A stretch of 64,000 nucleotides of DNA from Haliotis cracherodii (Eukaryota), in contig NW_027266271.1 in assembly GCF_022045235.1 (NCBI RefSeq), positions 26,970,001 to 27,034,000 on the forward strand, written 5' to 3'. This document shows positions 48,899-59,261 of the stretch, in pieces. Every line of letters begins with the position of its first letter. Position 1 is the stretch's first letter. A model generated the notes under the pieces. That model saw only the letters and a list, made by a program, of their open reading frames with translations, had not been told where the DNA came from and made no database searches. A program made the position numbers and the translations under genes.

Positions 48899-49136
48899 AG
48901 CATTCAATTTTGCACAATGCATGTCAGGTCGATGTTCTGATCAACATACTGACTTTCCTGAGGAGAACACACTGAACGCGAACACACTGAGCGTTCGCTC
49001 GTCACGCCCAAGACCCGGGTTCGATTACCCACATTGGGTACAATGTGTGAAGCTCATTTCTGGTGTCCCCGCCGAGATATTGCTGGAATATTGCTAAAGC
49101 GGCGTAAACCTCACTCATCATCACCGTAACCTTGAT

Positions 49137-49403
49137 GACCCGTGAAGATTCAGGGGTAGAATAGGTTTTCAGCAACCCATGCTTGCCGTAAAAGGTGACT
49201 ATGCTTGTCGTAAAAGGCTACTAACGGGATCGGGTGGTCAGGCTCGCTGATTTGGTTCATGTATGTCATCGATCCCAATTGCGTGGATCGATGCTCTGAT
49301 ATTAGTCACTGGATTGTCTGGTTTAGAATCGATTATTTACAGACCGCCGTCATATAGCTGGAATATTACTGAGTGCGGCGTTTAACAACAAACCAACCAA
49401 CCA
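49137..49403 (+). mobile_element. Full-length SINE family C, present only in copy 3
   Basis: TSD ACCGTAACCTTGAT (49123-49136 / 49404-49417). Empty site at ~17497 in copy 2. Confidence 0.92.
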
Positions 49404-49564
49404 ACCGTAACCTTGATCACATAGTTGTTAGATTGGGAAAACATTAGAACGCGAGTGAACCTTTAAGGGATCTGTGTCGAAAACATCGGATGTGGAAACT
49501 AAAATATAAATTGTGAAAGAACTTCACATGTACTGAATGTCAGTATTTGATTTCCGGTTCCCAG

Positions 49565-49953
49565 GTTTGAGTATCATTGATGGACTGTGTTACCGACGCG
49601 TTGTCAACGTCACTGTCGACAGCCCAGGCACCCGGCGGTTCAAGGACTTTACCTATTTCCACCACGTCGTTGCCACAGACTACGACAATTACGCTGTGGT
49701 CCTTTTCTGCTGGGGGGTCAACCTCGCCGGCAAATGTGAGTACGGAGACATTCAAACCATCGTCCTCACCCGTTCCCCTCAAGACCTTAGGAAGACTAAC
49801 GTCTGGGGGAAGGTCACCGCCGACGTCAAAGACTGCGCAGACCCATCACAGTTAACAGATGTTCTCCAAGAACACATCTGCGCATGTCGGGATCCCGATG
49901 ATTTCACTCTGGGGTTGGGCAGCACGTGCCCCGACAGAGTGCCAAATGTTTAA
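49565..49953 (+). CDS. Secreted lipocalin, copy 3, exon 2 (spliced protein ~213 aa)
   Basis: Acceptor TTCCCAG|GT, canonical SCR2 TDYDNYA, SCR3 LTR, stop at 49953. Confidence 0.92.
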
Positions 49954-50049
49954 AACATATCCCTGCCTTTGCATGAATTTGTATCATCATAAATAAAGTT
50001 TTTCCTCCTTGATAGATCCTGATGAAATACGTGTTTGAACGTCAAATGG

Positions 50050-50324
50050 TTGGTTGGTTGTTTGGTTGGTTGGTTGTTTAACGCCGCACTCAGCAATATT
50101 CCAGCTATATGACGGCGGTCTGTAAATAATCAAGTCTGGACCGGACAATCCAGTGATTAATATCATGAGCATCGATCCACGCAATTGGGATCGATGACAT
50201 GCATCAACCAAGTCAGCGAGCCTGACCACCCGATCCCGTTAGTCGCCTTTTACGACAAGCAAAGTCGCCTTTTACGGCAAGTATGGGTTGCTGAAGACCT
50301 ATTCTACCCCGGAATCTTCACGGG
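50050..50324 (-). mobile_element. Full-length SINE family C
   Basis: TSD TTGAACGTCAAATGG; (CAAC)n tail. Confidence 0.9.
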
Positions 50325-50456
50325 TTGAACGTCAAATGGCACCATTCATTTGGATACAGTCATTTCTCCGTGTCTCTGATATATAAACTTTGTGATATAT
50401 GTAGCAACCTACAACAGTACATTGGGGTTCTGAGTTCAGATCAAAGAGAAAGATGT

Positions 50457-50518
50457 GTGAGTGAGTGAGTGAGTGAGTGAGTGAGTGAGTGAGTGAGTGA
50501 GTGAGTGAGTGAGTGAGT
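50457..50518. repeat. (GAGT)n microsatellite
   Basis: About 15 perfect units. Confidence 0.95.
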
Positions 50519-50564
50519 GGAGGATTAACGCAATTTCAAAAATCGATTCAGGTGTTTACCGGAT

Positions 50565-50807
50565 TGTTGTTTGTTTGTTGTTTAACGTCACACTCGGCAA
50601 TATTCAAGCTTTAAGACGGCGGTCTGTAAATAATCGAGTCTGGACCAGACAGTCCAGTGATGGACATCATGAGCATCGATTCATGCAATTTGGATCAATG
50701 ACATGCATCAACCAGGTCAGCGAGCCTGACCACCCGATCCCGTTAGTCGCCTCTTCCGGCAAGCATGGTTTGCTGAAGACATATTCTATCCCGAATCTTC
50801 ACGGGTC
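50565..50807 (-). mobile_element. SINE family C
   Basis: Family body, 5' end GACCCGTGAAG. Confidence 0.85.
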
Positions 50808-51742
50808 TCCACCTTGATGAAACATACAAGAAATGTTTAAGTGATCAAATGGAGATGAACCTCCGAGGCTGACACCAGTCTGCCAAAACTAGAGGTCAAT
50901 AGTGTGAGCATCAATCCACGCCGTCGTCGTACACAACCCAAGGTCGATGATGAGGCATGTTCAGTCTGATCACCCATGATAAATACCACAACCAAATGAA
51001 TCCGATCTTACCTTTATTTTGGACCTGCAACAAACGCAAAGCGGCGATTCTACTCCATTGTGCTTATATCCTCATGGAGGATTCCGGGGCCAATTGGGTC
51101 CTTCGCATCTCGCAAGATACGGCTAAAGAGGATAGGGTGGTCAGAATCAGTGCTGATAGCACGTCATTTTGTCTCGCGGGTTGTTGTTCATGTTTTCAGT
51201 CACTGGTTTTCCTGGTCCAAACTCTATCACACTACACAGGCCGATCCGACTATACTGGAATATTGTTATAACCATCCAATCATCAGTAGACAAACTCCTT
51301 CGCAGTGCCGCCAGATGGCGCTCGTGCCTCGCCCCCTTTAAGTGCTAGCAAGAGAGGTACGAGTCTTTGTTTGTTGTTTAACGCAGTACCTAACAGTATT
51401 ATGACGGCGGTCTGTAAATAATCGAGTCTGGCCCAGACAATCCATCCACTGACATCAAAAGCATCGACCTACGTAACTGGGATACAAGTCATGCACCAAC
51501 AAAGTTGGTTAATGGTCAACATGGGTTGGGCACCTGGATCTTCACGAGGCAGGTACGAGCGACAATGGCACCGCTGTGTATGTGCTGCTGCGATGTGTGA
51601 CTAAGGCCTGATCTGTCCAGGAAATATTGAAGTTCACAGACTAAGATGTTGTTTATTTCGTCAGAATGTAGGCCAGCGGTCAAATACACAACATGCAATT
51701 GTGAAGAGAATATATGGATGTCAACTTCGTTATTATGAGGAA

Positions 51743-51782
51743 CACAACGTTTCGGAGTATATGCTTACTCCTTCATCAGGTG
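51743..51782 (-). ncRNA. Minimal hammerhead ribozyme-like motif (Penelope-type), copy 3
   Basis: CAC-CTGATGA-A-GGAGTA-AGCATA-TACTCC-GAAACGTT-GTG: conserved core, 6-bp stem II, palindromic AACGTT, 3-bp stem I. Confidence 0.6.
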
Positions 51783-51799
51783 AATGGTCCAACTGTGCA

Positions 51800-52260
51800 C
51801 AGTAAACACGTGATATACAGAACAAATTTAAGAAATACAGCACATAGTTTGGTTTTATCCAAAGATTATTGGCATGATAAATGGATGTAGCAGGATTTTT
51901 AATTAACTTTACATTAGATGTATATAGTAACGAATTAAACTTAAACAGTGTTGGGAGAATAACGATTTTGTTTGGATCATGTCTTTCTCGTTACGTATTG
52001 TATGTAGAAAAAATCAATATATTCCCCCACCAACACATTAGTATTGCAGTACAGGCAAACCCTTGGATATTATCATGCCGTTGCGTTTCTATGCGTATAT
52101 TATGGGAAATGCAACGGAACTGTGACAAAGCTATTGTACATTTTGCAATGGTAATTTCTTTCAAATATAATTCAACATTAAGAAGAGGTTTAAAGGAGGA
52201 ATACATTTGTGTTTTTGAAATGTTTGAAAATGAGAAATGACAGTCCTGTTCAAGACCCCT
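51800..52260 (-). mobile_element. Decayed 3' region of a non-LTR retrotransposon ORF2
   Basis: NVELYLKEI...IALSQFRCISHNIRIETQRH resembles the LINE C-terminal FR.S.H.L.IETGR pattern. Confidence 0.55.
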
Positions 52261-52313
52261 TTAAGTCTCATAACACATTCTTGAATAAACGATTCTTTTA
52301 GTGAAACATTTGG

Positions 52314-52575
52314 TTTGGTTTGTTGTTTTACGCCGCACTCAGCAATATTCCAGCTATATGACGGCGGTCTGTAAATAATCGAGTCTGGACCAGACAATCC
52401 AGTGATTTACATCATGAACATCGATCCACGCAATTGGGATCGATGACATGCATCAACCAAGTCAGCGAGCCTGACCACCCGATCCCGTTAGTCGCCTTTT
52501 ACGACAAGCATAGTTGCCTTTTACGGCAAGCATGGGTTGCTGAAGACCTATTCTACCCCGGATCTTCACGGGTGT
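52314..52575 (-). mobile_element. Full-length SINE family C
   Basis: TSD GTGAAACATTTGG. Confidence 0.9.
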
Positions 52576-53249
52576 GTGAAACATTTGGAGCGTCCCATAC
52601 ATATCCAAATCCAAAGCGATATAACAAAGATTTAAGTTTAGAAGCCCATTTTATCTTACTATGGCCTGCACTTTGAATTAACATATTGTAACTGTTTCTA
52701 GGGTATCTTGTATCTGGCATTTCTATTAAGTTAAACCAGTATATAATTACACGTTTAGCTGCTAAATGATTCGCCTTTCTGTCGCGTTAAGTCACAGCAA
52801 GGCAACAGGTGGCGCCTGTAGGTGGGTCATGTGTCTGGGCGTATGCCTCATGTTGACCTATAGCGTTGCATGTGCCAAGTGTTATATCCACATACAACAC
52901 TCCAGTCCAAACACAGGTCACGTGCCTCGCAATCTGGACCGATTTAGGTGGACAGAAACACGTTTTAAAAGGAAAAGAGTGCCATGCGTAAAACTGCATA
53001 CTATCACTGCGGGAAGGTAAGTGTATTCTCTCTGGAAAGCCATGGGGAGTTTAACCAGAATAGTGCGCCTGGCCATTCTACTTGTGATTTAGGTTATTTT
53101 GTCAGTTACACTATGATTACATAATTCTATCCCGTAGTGATTGCTTTCACAAATATAACACTTCCTTCGTCCCTCTGTTGGATTCATGTCGTATGTAAAT
53201 TATATTGCTTCATTTTGAAAAAGAAGTAGTTTTCTTGTAGAGCGCGTTT

Positions 53250-53489
53250 CGTGAAGATCCGGGTAGAGAGTATCTCTTCAGCAATCCATGCTTGTCGTAA
53301 GAGGCAATTAACGGAATCGGGTGGTCAGGCTCGCTGACTTGGTTGATGCATATCATCCTATCACAGTTGCGTAAGTCGATGCTCATGATTTTAATCACTG
53401 GATTGTCTGGTCCAGTCTCGATTATTTACAGACTGCTGTCATATAGCTGGAATATTGCTGAGTGCGGCGTTAAACAACAAACAAACAAA
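53250..53489 (+). mobile_element. SINE family C
   Basis: Family body with (CAAA)n tail. Confidence 0.85.
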
Positions 53490-53550
53490 TAGTAAAACAC
53501 GGGTATTTATTGACACATAACCCGTGGCTAAACATTATCAAATCATGGCG

Positions 53551-53717
53551 AGGGGCGGTCGGGTAGCCTAGTGGTTAAAGCGTTCGCTCGTCACGCCGGA
53601 CCCGGGTTCGATTCCTGACATGGGTAAAATGTATGAAGCCCATTTCTGGTGTCCCCCGCCGTGACATAGCTGGAATATTGCTAAAAGTGGCGTAAAACCA
53701 TACACATTCATTCATTC
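53551..53717 (+). mobile_element. SINE family A
   Basis: tRNA head; flanking repeat TCAAATCATGG. Confidence 0.88.
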
Positions 53718-53825
53718 AAATCATGGTGAGTTGTGAAGGCTTCGTGTTCACCGTTGCAGTATAGCTACTCAAAGGCAGTTGTTACAGTGCCCACATAGAT
53801 ATATACGTTTTGATGACTGAAAAGT

Positions 53826-53989
53826 GGCGGTCGGGTAGCCTAGGGGTTAAAGCGTTCGCTCGTCACGCCGAAGACCCGGGTTCGATTCCCGACATGGGTA
53901 CAATGCGTGAAGCCCATTTCTGGTGTCCCCCGCCGTGATATTGCTGGAATATTGCTAAAAGCGGCGTAAAACCATATTTACTCACTCGC
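53826..53989 (+). mobile_element. SINE family A
   Basis: 14-bp TSD GATGACTGAAAAGT. Confidence 0.9.
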
Positions 53990-54599
53990 GATGACTGAAA
54001 AGTTATAAGAACTTAGTGGATTAGGATTATATAGGTTTCAGGCAGTTAAACCATCTAACTTTCTGCAGACCACTGGTTAAGATAGATTATGGCAACTTTG
54101 TGTACTAATATGATAAGTTTGAAAACGTTTCACATCACATTTTCCTTTCAAACTCTATATATCTCTAATTGACAACGAAAATAACTATACTCTCACCATA
54201 AATCCTGTGAAGAACAAAACAAATTTCCAGGCAAAATATGATTACATTTTCAATTTGTTTTATTCTTTAGAAAGTCTATTTTCCAGTTTAAAAACCGAGC
54301 CTTTATGACTTTGAAAACGTTTTTTATTATTATCACTGGCTTTCACAGCACACTAAGAACGTCTTTCAGTAACACGTGACTCTGCGTGTGCACGTTGCAC
54401 GGAGAGTACGTGGTTTGTGGAAACAAACAGCACGGAGAGTGCGTGGTGAGTGGAAACAAACACCCGGAAACCCACGTTAATTGTTGTACAAAGGCGTCAG
54501 TCCGTATTCACGTACGTGTCAAGTACGAATGTTATATTTTGGTTTTTAATGTCACAGTTAGGATAGCTTGACCAGTCCATCTTCTTATTCTGACCAGCC

Positions 54600-54903
54600 A
54601 TGCTGCCCCGATCTGGCCGTATTGAAGCAGGATATTTTGTCTGGTACTTGGCGACATTGATGTGCATCGTTGAGGGGTGTCTACGGTCTCCCTCTCTGGT
54701 GGACAGGGGCAGTGCGTGCAAAGTAAGATCTATCCAAACTCAGTCTGAGTTCGACTCTGCTAGACTTGAGGGTCTGTGGTACGCTATTGGAATGAATCGG
54801 TTCTGGGTGCACAGTCTACCGAAGTCCACAGTGATATCTTCAACCACAGACGTAACTGTTCGCTATAAGCTCTTGAAAGATGGACATCTTGAAATTAAAA
54901 CAA
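54600..54903 (+). CDS. Second lipocalin (retinol-binding protein/ApoD-like), coding exon 1
   Basis: Hydrophobic leader, CKVRSIQTQSEFDSARLEGLWYAI (SCR1), phase-1 donor A|GTAAGA. Confidence 0.9.
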
Positions 54904-55235
54904 GTAAGAATATATATTCATCCCTTACGCGAAAACGAAATGCACTTTTTAAATCCATTTTCAGTACATTTGTATATTTTGCAATTCTCAATTAAATGAC
55001 ATTGCACATGTTTTTCTACACTTTGATGAAGCAGGGGACCCAGTCGTCTACACGTTCTATCACGCTGCAATTTATTAAGCAGAGTTTTCTTCCTTATAAG
55101 TGTTGTGATCCGGTGATTGTGGGTTCGATTCCCAGATTAATTCCCATTATGATCCTTGGTTTGTCAAAACCATACCCGTACTAATGCAGGTTGGTTTTAC
55201 CTAAATGGTATATTTTTTATACCTCATTTCATCTA

Positions 55236-55510
55236 GGGGGGCACGGTTGGCCCAGTCGTCTAAGGCGCCGCGATTCGCTGGGCAGAGTTGCGTCCCTTGG
55301 GCACGCCAAAACCTTTGATTGTGGGTTCGAATCCCGGTTCGCCCCGATTATGTTTCTAGGTTTGTCAGCACCATACCCGTGCCCGTGGATTTCACCGAAG
55401 TGGTAAACGTCTTAGATCTGCATCACTTCGGGCTTTCCTCCCACATTAAGCTGACACGCCGTGATATAACTGGAATACTGTTAAAAGCGGCGTTAAACCC
55501 AACTCACTCA
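55236..55510 (+). mobile_element. SINE family B (intronic)
   Basis: TSD CTCATT(T/G)CATCTA; a partial older copy lies immediately upstream. Confidence 0.88.
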
Positions 55511-55956
55511 CTCATTGCATCTAACTTGATATATGATTGAAATACTGTTCAAAACAGCGTCAAACTTAAATTGCTGACTCGCTCAATATGAGGTTGAAAT
55601 AACCCCACAGCAATTTCATACTTCTCACGTAGGTGACCAGGGTTCGATTCCTCACTTGGGTACAATTCGTGACGCCGTTTGTCTAACCCAGCCATCTGAA
55701 TGTACTTCAGCTAACAAGTTAAAAGTGCAAATGTTACACGAGTCAGACAAAACCTGACATAGTATTGAATCAGCTTGACCCCGACGTTCATGACATTATT
55801 TGGCCGACCATGTTGTCAGAACGTGCACCTGAATGTCACAGTCCAACCCTTTTGTCCTACTCACATGCCACATTCCTTAAAAGAACAGAGCAATTACATA
55901 TACCAACATCCCCAGCTTCTGACTAGACTGATACATCGGCTCTATTTACCCTACAG

Positions 55957-56312
55957 GTGCGGCCTTGTTTGGCGTGGCTTGCACATCCAATATGGCGACC
56001 GGAAGACAAGACGACGACAGTCATCCGGGCAGGTTCACAGTGACCTTCAACTCACAAATTGGACGGTTGCTAGGCGACCGAGCATACTGGATATTAAGCA
56101 CGGATTACGTCAACTACTTAGTGATCTACAGTTGTTGGAAGGTTCTCGCTGATGGTTCCTGCAACATCCACGATACCTATGTTTGGGTTTTAAATCGAGA
56201 GCCCAAGCCAGTGAACAAACAGCTCCAGTCATTCATAGATCGTCAGATTGAACACGTATGTGTTACAAAAGACGAAATATTAGAAGTACCATTTGCAAAT
56301 AAATGTCAATAG
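55957..56312 (+). CDS. Second lipocalin, coding exon 2 (spliced protein ~219 aa)
   Basis: Acceptor CCCTACAG|GT in frame. YWILSTDYVNYLVIYSC...DGSC...VWVLNREP matches SCR2/SCR3 with RBP-like Cys spacing. Confidence 0.92.
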
Positions 56313-56639
56313 CTGCAATACAATGCACGGACTAGGAGTCTCATTTCATGGAACATGGCATAGCGTTAACTGGTGTCAAATGGTGTACAGTTCAGATGAA
56401 TACGATATACAATAATTATTTAAGGGTCTCGTTAATATATCTTAGGATCATTGAATCATAGGTACTAAGGGAGAAGATGAAAGTTCTGATGTCGGATAGA
56501 AAATAACCCAGGTTTTAAATCATAGCATCCCATTGAAGCATGTTAAGTGAATGAGTTGATAAGGATTAAGACAGCATTGAGAACAAATTGCGCGTTTTGA
56601 AGCAGTGACCGAGCGATCTGTAACTCCGTCTCAATAAGA

Positions 56640-57097
56640 TCGGGGATAATCTTAGTAAAACTAGAGATCGTCTCGGTTAGATCTGGATTATCTCAGTTCA
56701 ACGAGATCGTCTCGGTTAGACCTGGATTGTCTACGTAAAACAGGGGATCGTCTCGGTTAGATCTGGGTCATCTAAGTAAAACTGGGTATTGTCTCGGTTA
56801 GATCTGGGTCATCTTAGTAAAACTGGGTATAGTCTCAGTTAGATCTGGGTCATCTAAGTAATACTGGGTATAGTCTCGGTTAGATTTGGATCACCTAAAT
56901 AATACTTGATTTAGTCTCGGTAAGATCTGGGTCATCTTAGTAAAACTGGGTATAGTCTCGGTTAGATCTGGGTCATCTAAGTAATACTGGGTATAGTCTC
57001 GGTTAGATTTGGGTCATCTAAATAATACTTGATTTAGTCTCGGTAAGATCTGGGTCATCTTAGTAAAACTGGGTATAGTCTCGGTTAGATCTGGATT
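56640..57097. repeat. 41-bp minisatellite, ~11 units
   Basis: Unit TAGTCTCGGTTAGATCTGGGTCATCTAAGTAAAACTGGGTA. Confidence 0.92.
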
Positions 57098-57799
57098 ACA
57101 CTTGTCAGAGGGGTACACAAAGTACGTGATCTAGACTATCAGTTGTCGGACTTCCATTTTTGTTGAAGGGTCTGTTGCTGGGTGGGTTATATCGCTGACT
57201 TTGTGTGCCTCACTCTGGCAGTGTGGGTCCGAATTCCAGACGGGACTCAACCCCACAAAAATACTAGAATCTAGACCAGTGAGGTCTTGTGAAAAATGGG
57301 AGTTCAATTCCTCCTGTGGTTACAATGTGTGAAAACCATTCATGATAAACCTGGAGTTGACACCTGGTTGATTGTGTGACCTGACTGCCTGGATTGTTGC
57401 TCATGCTATCCAATCACTACTAAGATTTGATTATTAACGACCATCCTTATACAGAAGAAAATTGCCAATGGTGGCTCGCAACCTTCGCTCTCTTTGTATG
57501 ACTCATCAGGGTCATGGCATCAAATAAATAACAAGAAGGGTTAATTGGTTTACACTTTAATCATGTAAATGAAAAATAAACAATTTGTGTAGTAAACAAG
57601 ATATCAGCAGCCAAAACATCATACTTTAATTTTGAAACAATTATCTTGACAACAAATCACATTTCAAAGAGTCATCACATCCTAATTTGGCAGATCGATG
57701 CTCATATCAATCTCTGGATTGTCGGGTCCAGACGCGATTATTTACAGACCACCATCATATAGCTGGAATATTACCAAGTGATTCCTTACAAAATAACAA

Positions 57800-58365
57800 T
57801 ATGACATTACATGAGCCTTAATGACATTACTTGTGCTATCATGACATTACACGTGCCTAAATGACATTACAATACTAAAATGCCATTACACATGCCTTCA
57901 TAACATCACATGCATATGTATGACATTACATGTGCCTTCATAATATCACATGCATATTTATGACATTACACGTGCCTTCATAATATCACATGCATATTTA
58001 AGACACTACGTATGCCTTCATAACATCACATGCATATTTATGACATTACAAGTGCCTTCATAACATCACATGCATATTTATGACATTACACGTGCCTTCA
58101 TAACATCACATGCATATTTATGACATTACACGTGCCTTCATAACATCACATGCATATTTATGATATTATACATGCCTTCATAACATCACATGCATATTTA
58201 TGACATTACACGTGCTTTCATAACATCACATGCATATTTATGACATTACACGTGCCTAAATGACATTACACATGCCTTAATGACATTACATGTTTCTGTA
58301 TGACATTACACATGCCTTAATGACATTACACAAGCCTTCATTACATTACATGTACCTGTATGACA
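57800..58365. repeat. 20/40-bp minisatellite
   Basis: ATGACATTACACGTGCCTTC monomers at the flanks; 40-bp dimer with ATAACATCACATGCATATTT in the centre. Confidence 0.92.
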
Positions 58366-58979
58366 CATGTGGCTATGTCTATTGACACACCTATTGCTAC
58401 ACATGTGACTGATATGCTACAAGAAGATTCAGGTACAAGATTCAAGACTTGCAGTGACACCTGAAGCAGTTTGTCATAAAAAGGACAACAAAGGACAGAG
58501 ACAGTAAAAGTTGTGAATAAAATATTTGGAATGGTAATCAAAAGCAATAACCAATTTTGGTTCCTGGGAGTCTTCAGAGAAAAGATAAATCCAAGTAATC
58601 TAATATTTGTTGTCAGAGACACTAAAGCTGAGAACAGATTTGCAATGGTTTTCTTGGGACTATATTTTAAAAGCAATATTTATTCTACACACTATTTTAT
58701 TCAATCATGCATTTGCAAATCCTCCTTACAACTCTGTACTGTGACGCCTTGTTCCCTATAATAATGTTAACTTCTCAGTGAAATCCTTCTTCTACAGACT
58801 TGTTTTTGGTAAAGCTTGCATTGTGTCACCTTTCTGACCAAGGATGACGAAGCATTGCTGTCATGCTCATGCTGTCACTGCCAAAATTCTAAGAACTGAA
58901 CTGTGCCTGGAAAATGTTGCAATGGACCCCTTCTCATTCAGACTGGTTCTTGGTAGTTTTTACATTGCATCACCTTTAT

Positions 58980-59261
58980 GAGTGAGTGAGTGAGTTTGGT
59001 TTAACGCCGCTTTTAACAATATTCCAGTTATATCACAGCGTGTCAGCTTGATGTGGGAGGAAAGCCCGAAGTGATGCAGGTCTCAGACGTTTAACACTTC
59101 GGTGAAACCAACGAGCACAGGTATGGTGCTGACAAACCTAGAAACATAATCGGGGCGAACCGGGATTCGAACCTAGAATCATAGGTTTCTGGCATGCCCA
59201 AGGGACGCAACTCTGCCCAGCGAATCGCGGCGCCTTAGACAACTGGGCCACCCGTGCCCCC
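58980..59261 (-). mobile_element. SINE family B
   Basis: Full length; TSD TCACCTTTAT. Confidence 0.9.

Larger units (their letters stand above)
40726..51780 (+). repeat. Segmental duplication copy 3 (complete lipocalin unit)
   Basis: Colinear with 8634-19326 apart from SINE indels and minisatellite length. Confidence 0.95.

Noticed and set aside
1-51780. Triplication as an assembly artefact (uncollapsed haplotypes)
   Set aside because: Three copies with private TSD-flanked insertions and a templated junction favour a real duplication, though read-level confirmation is still needed.
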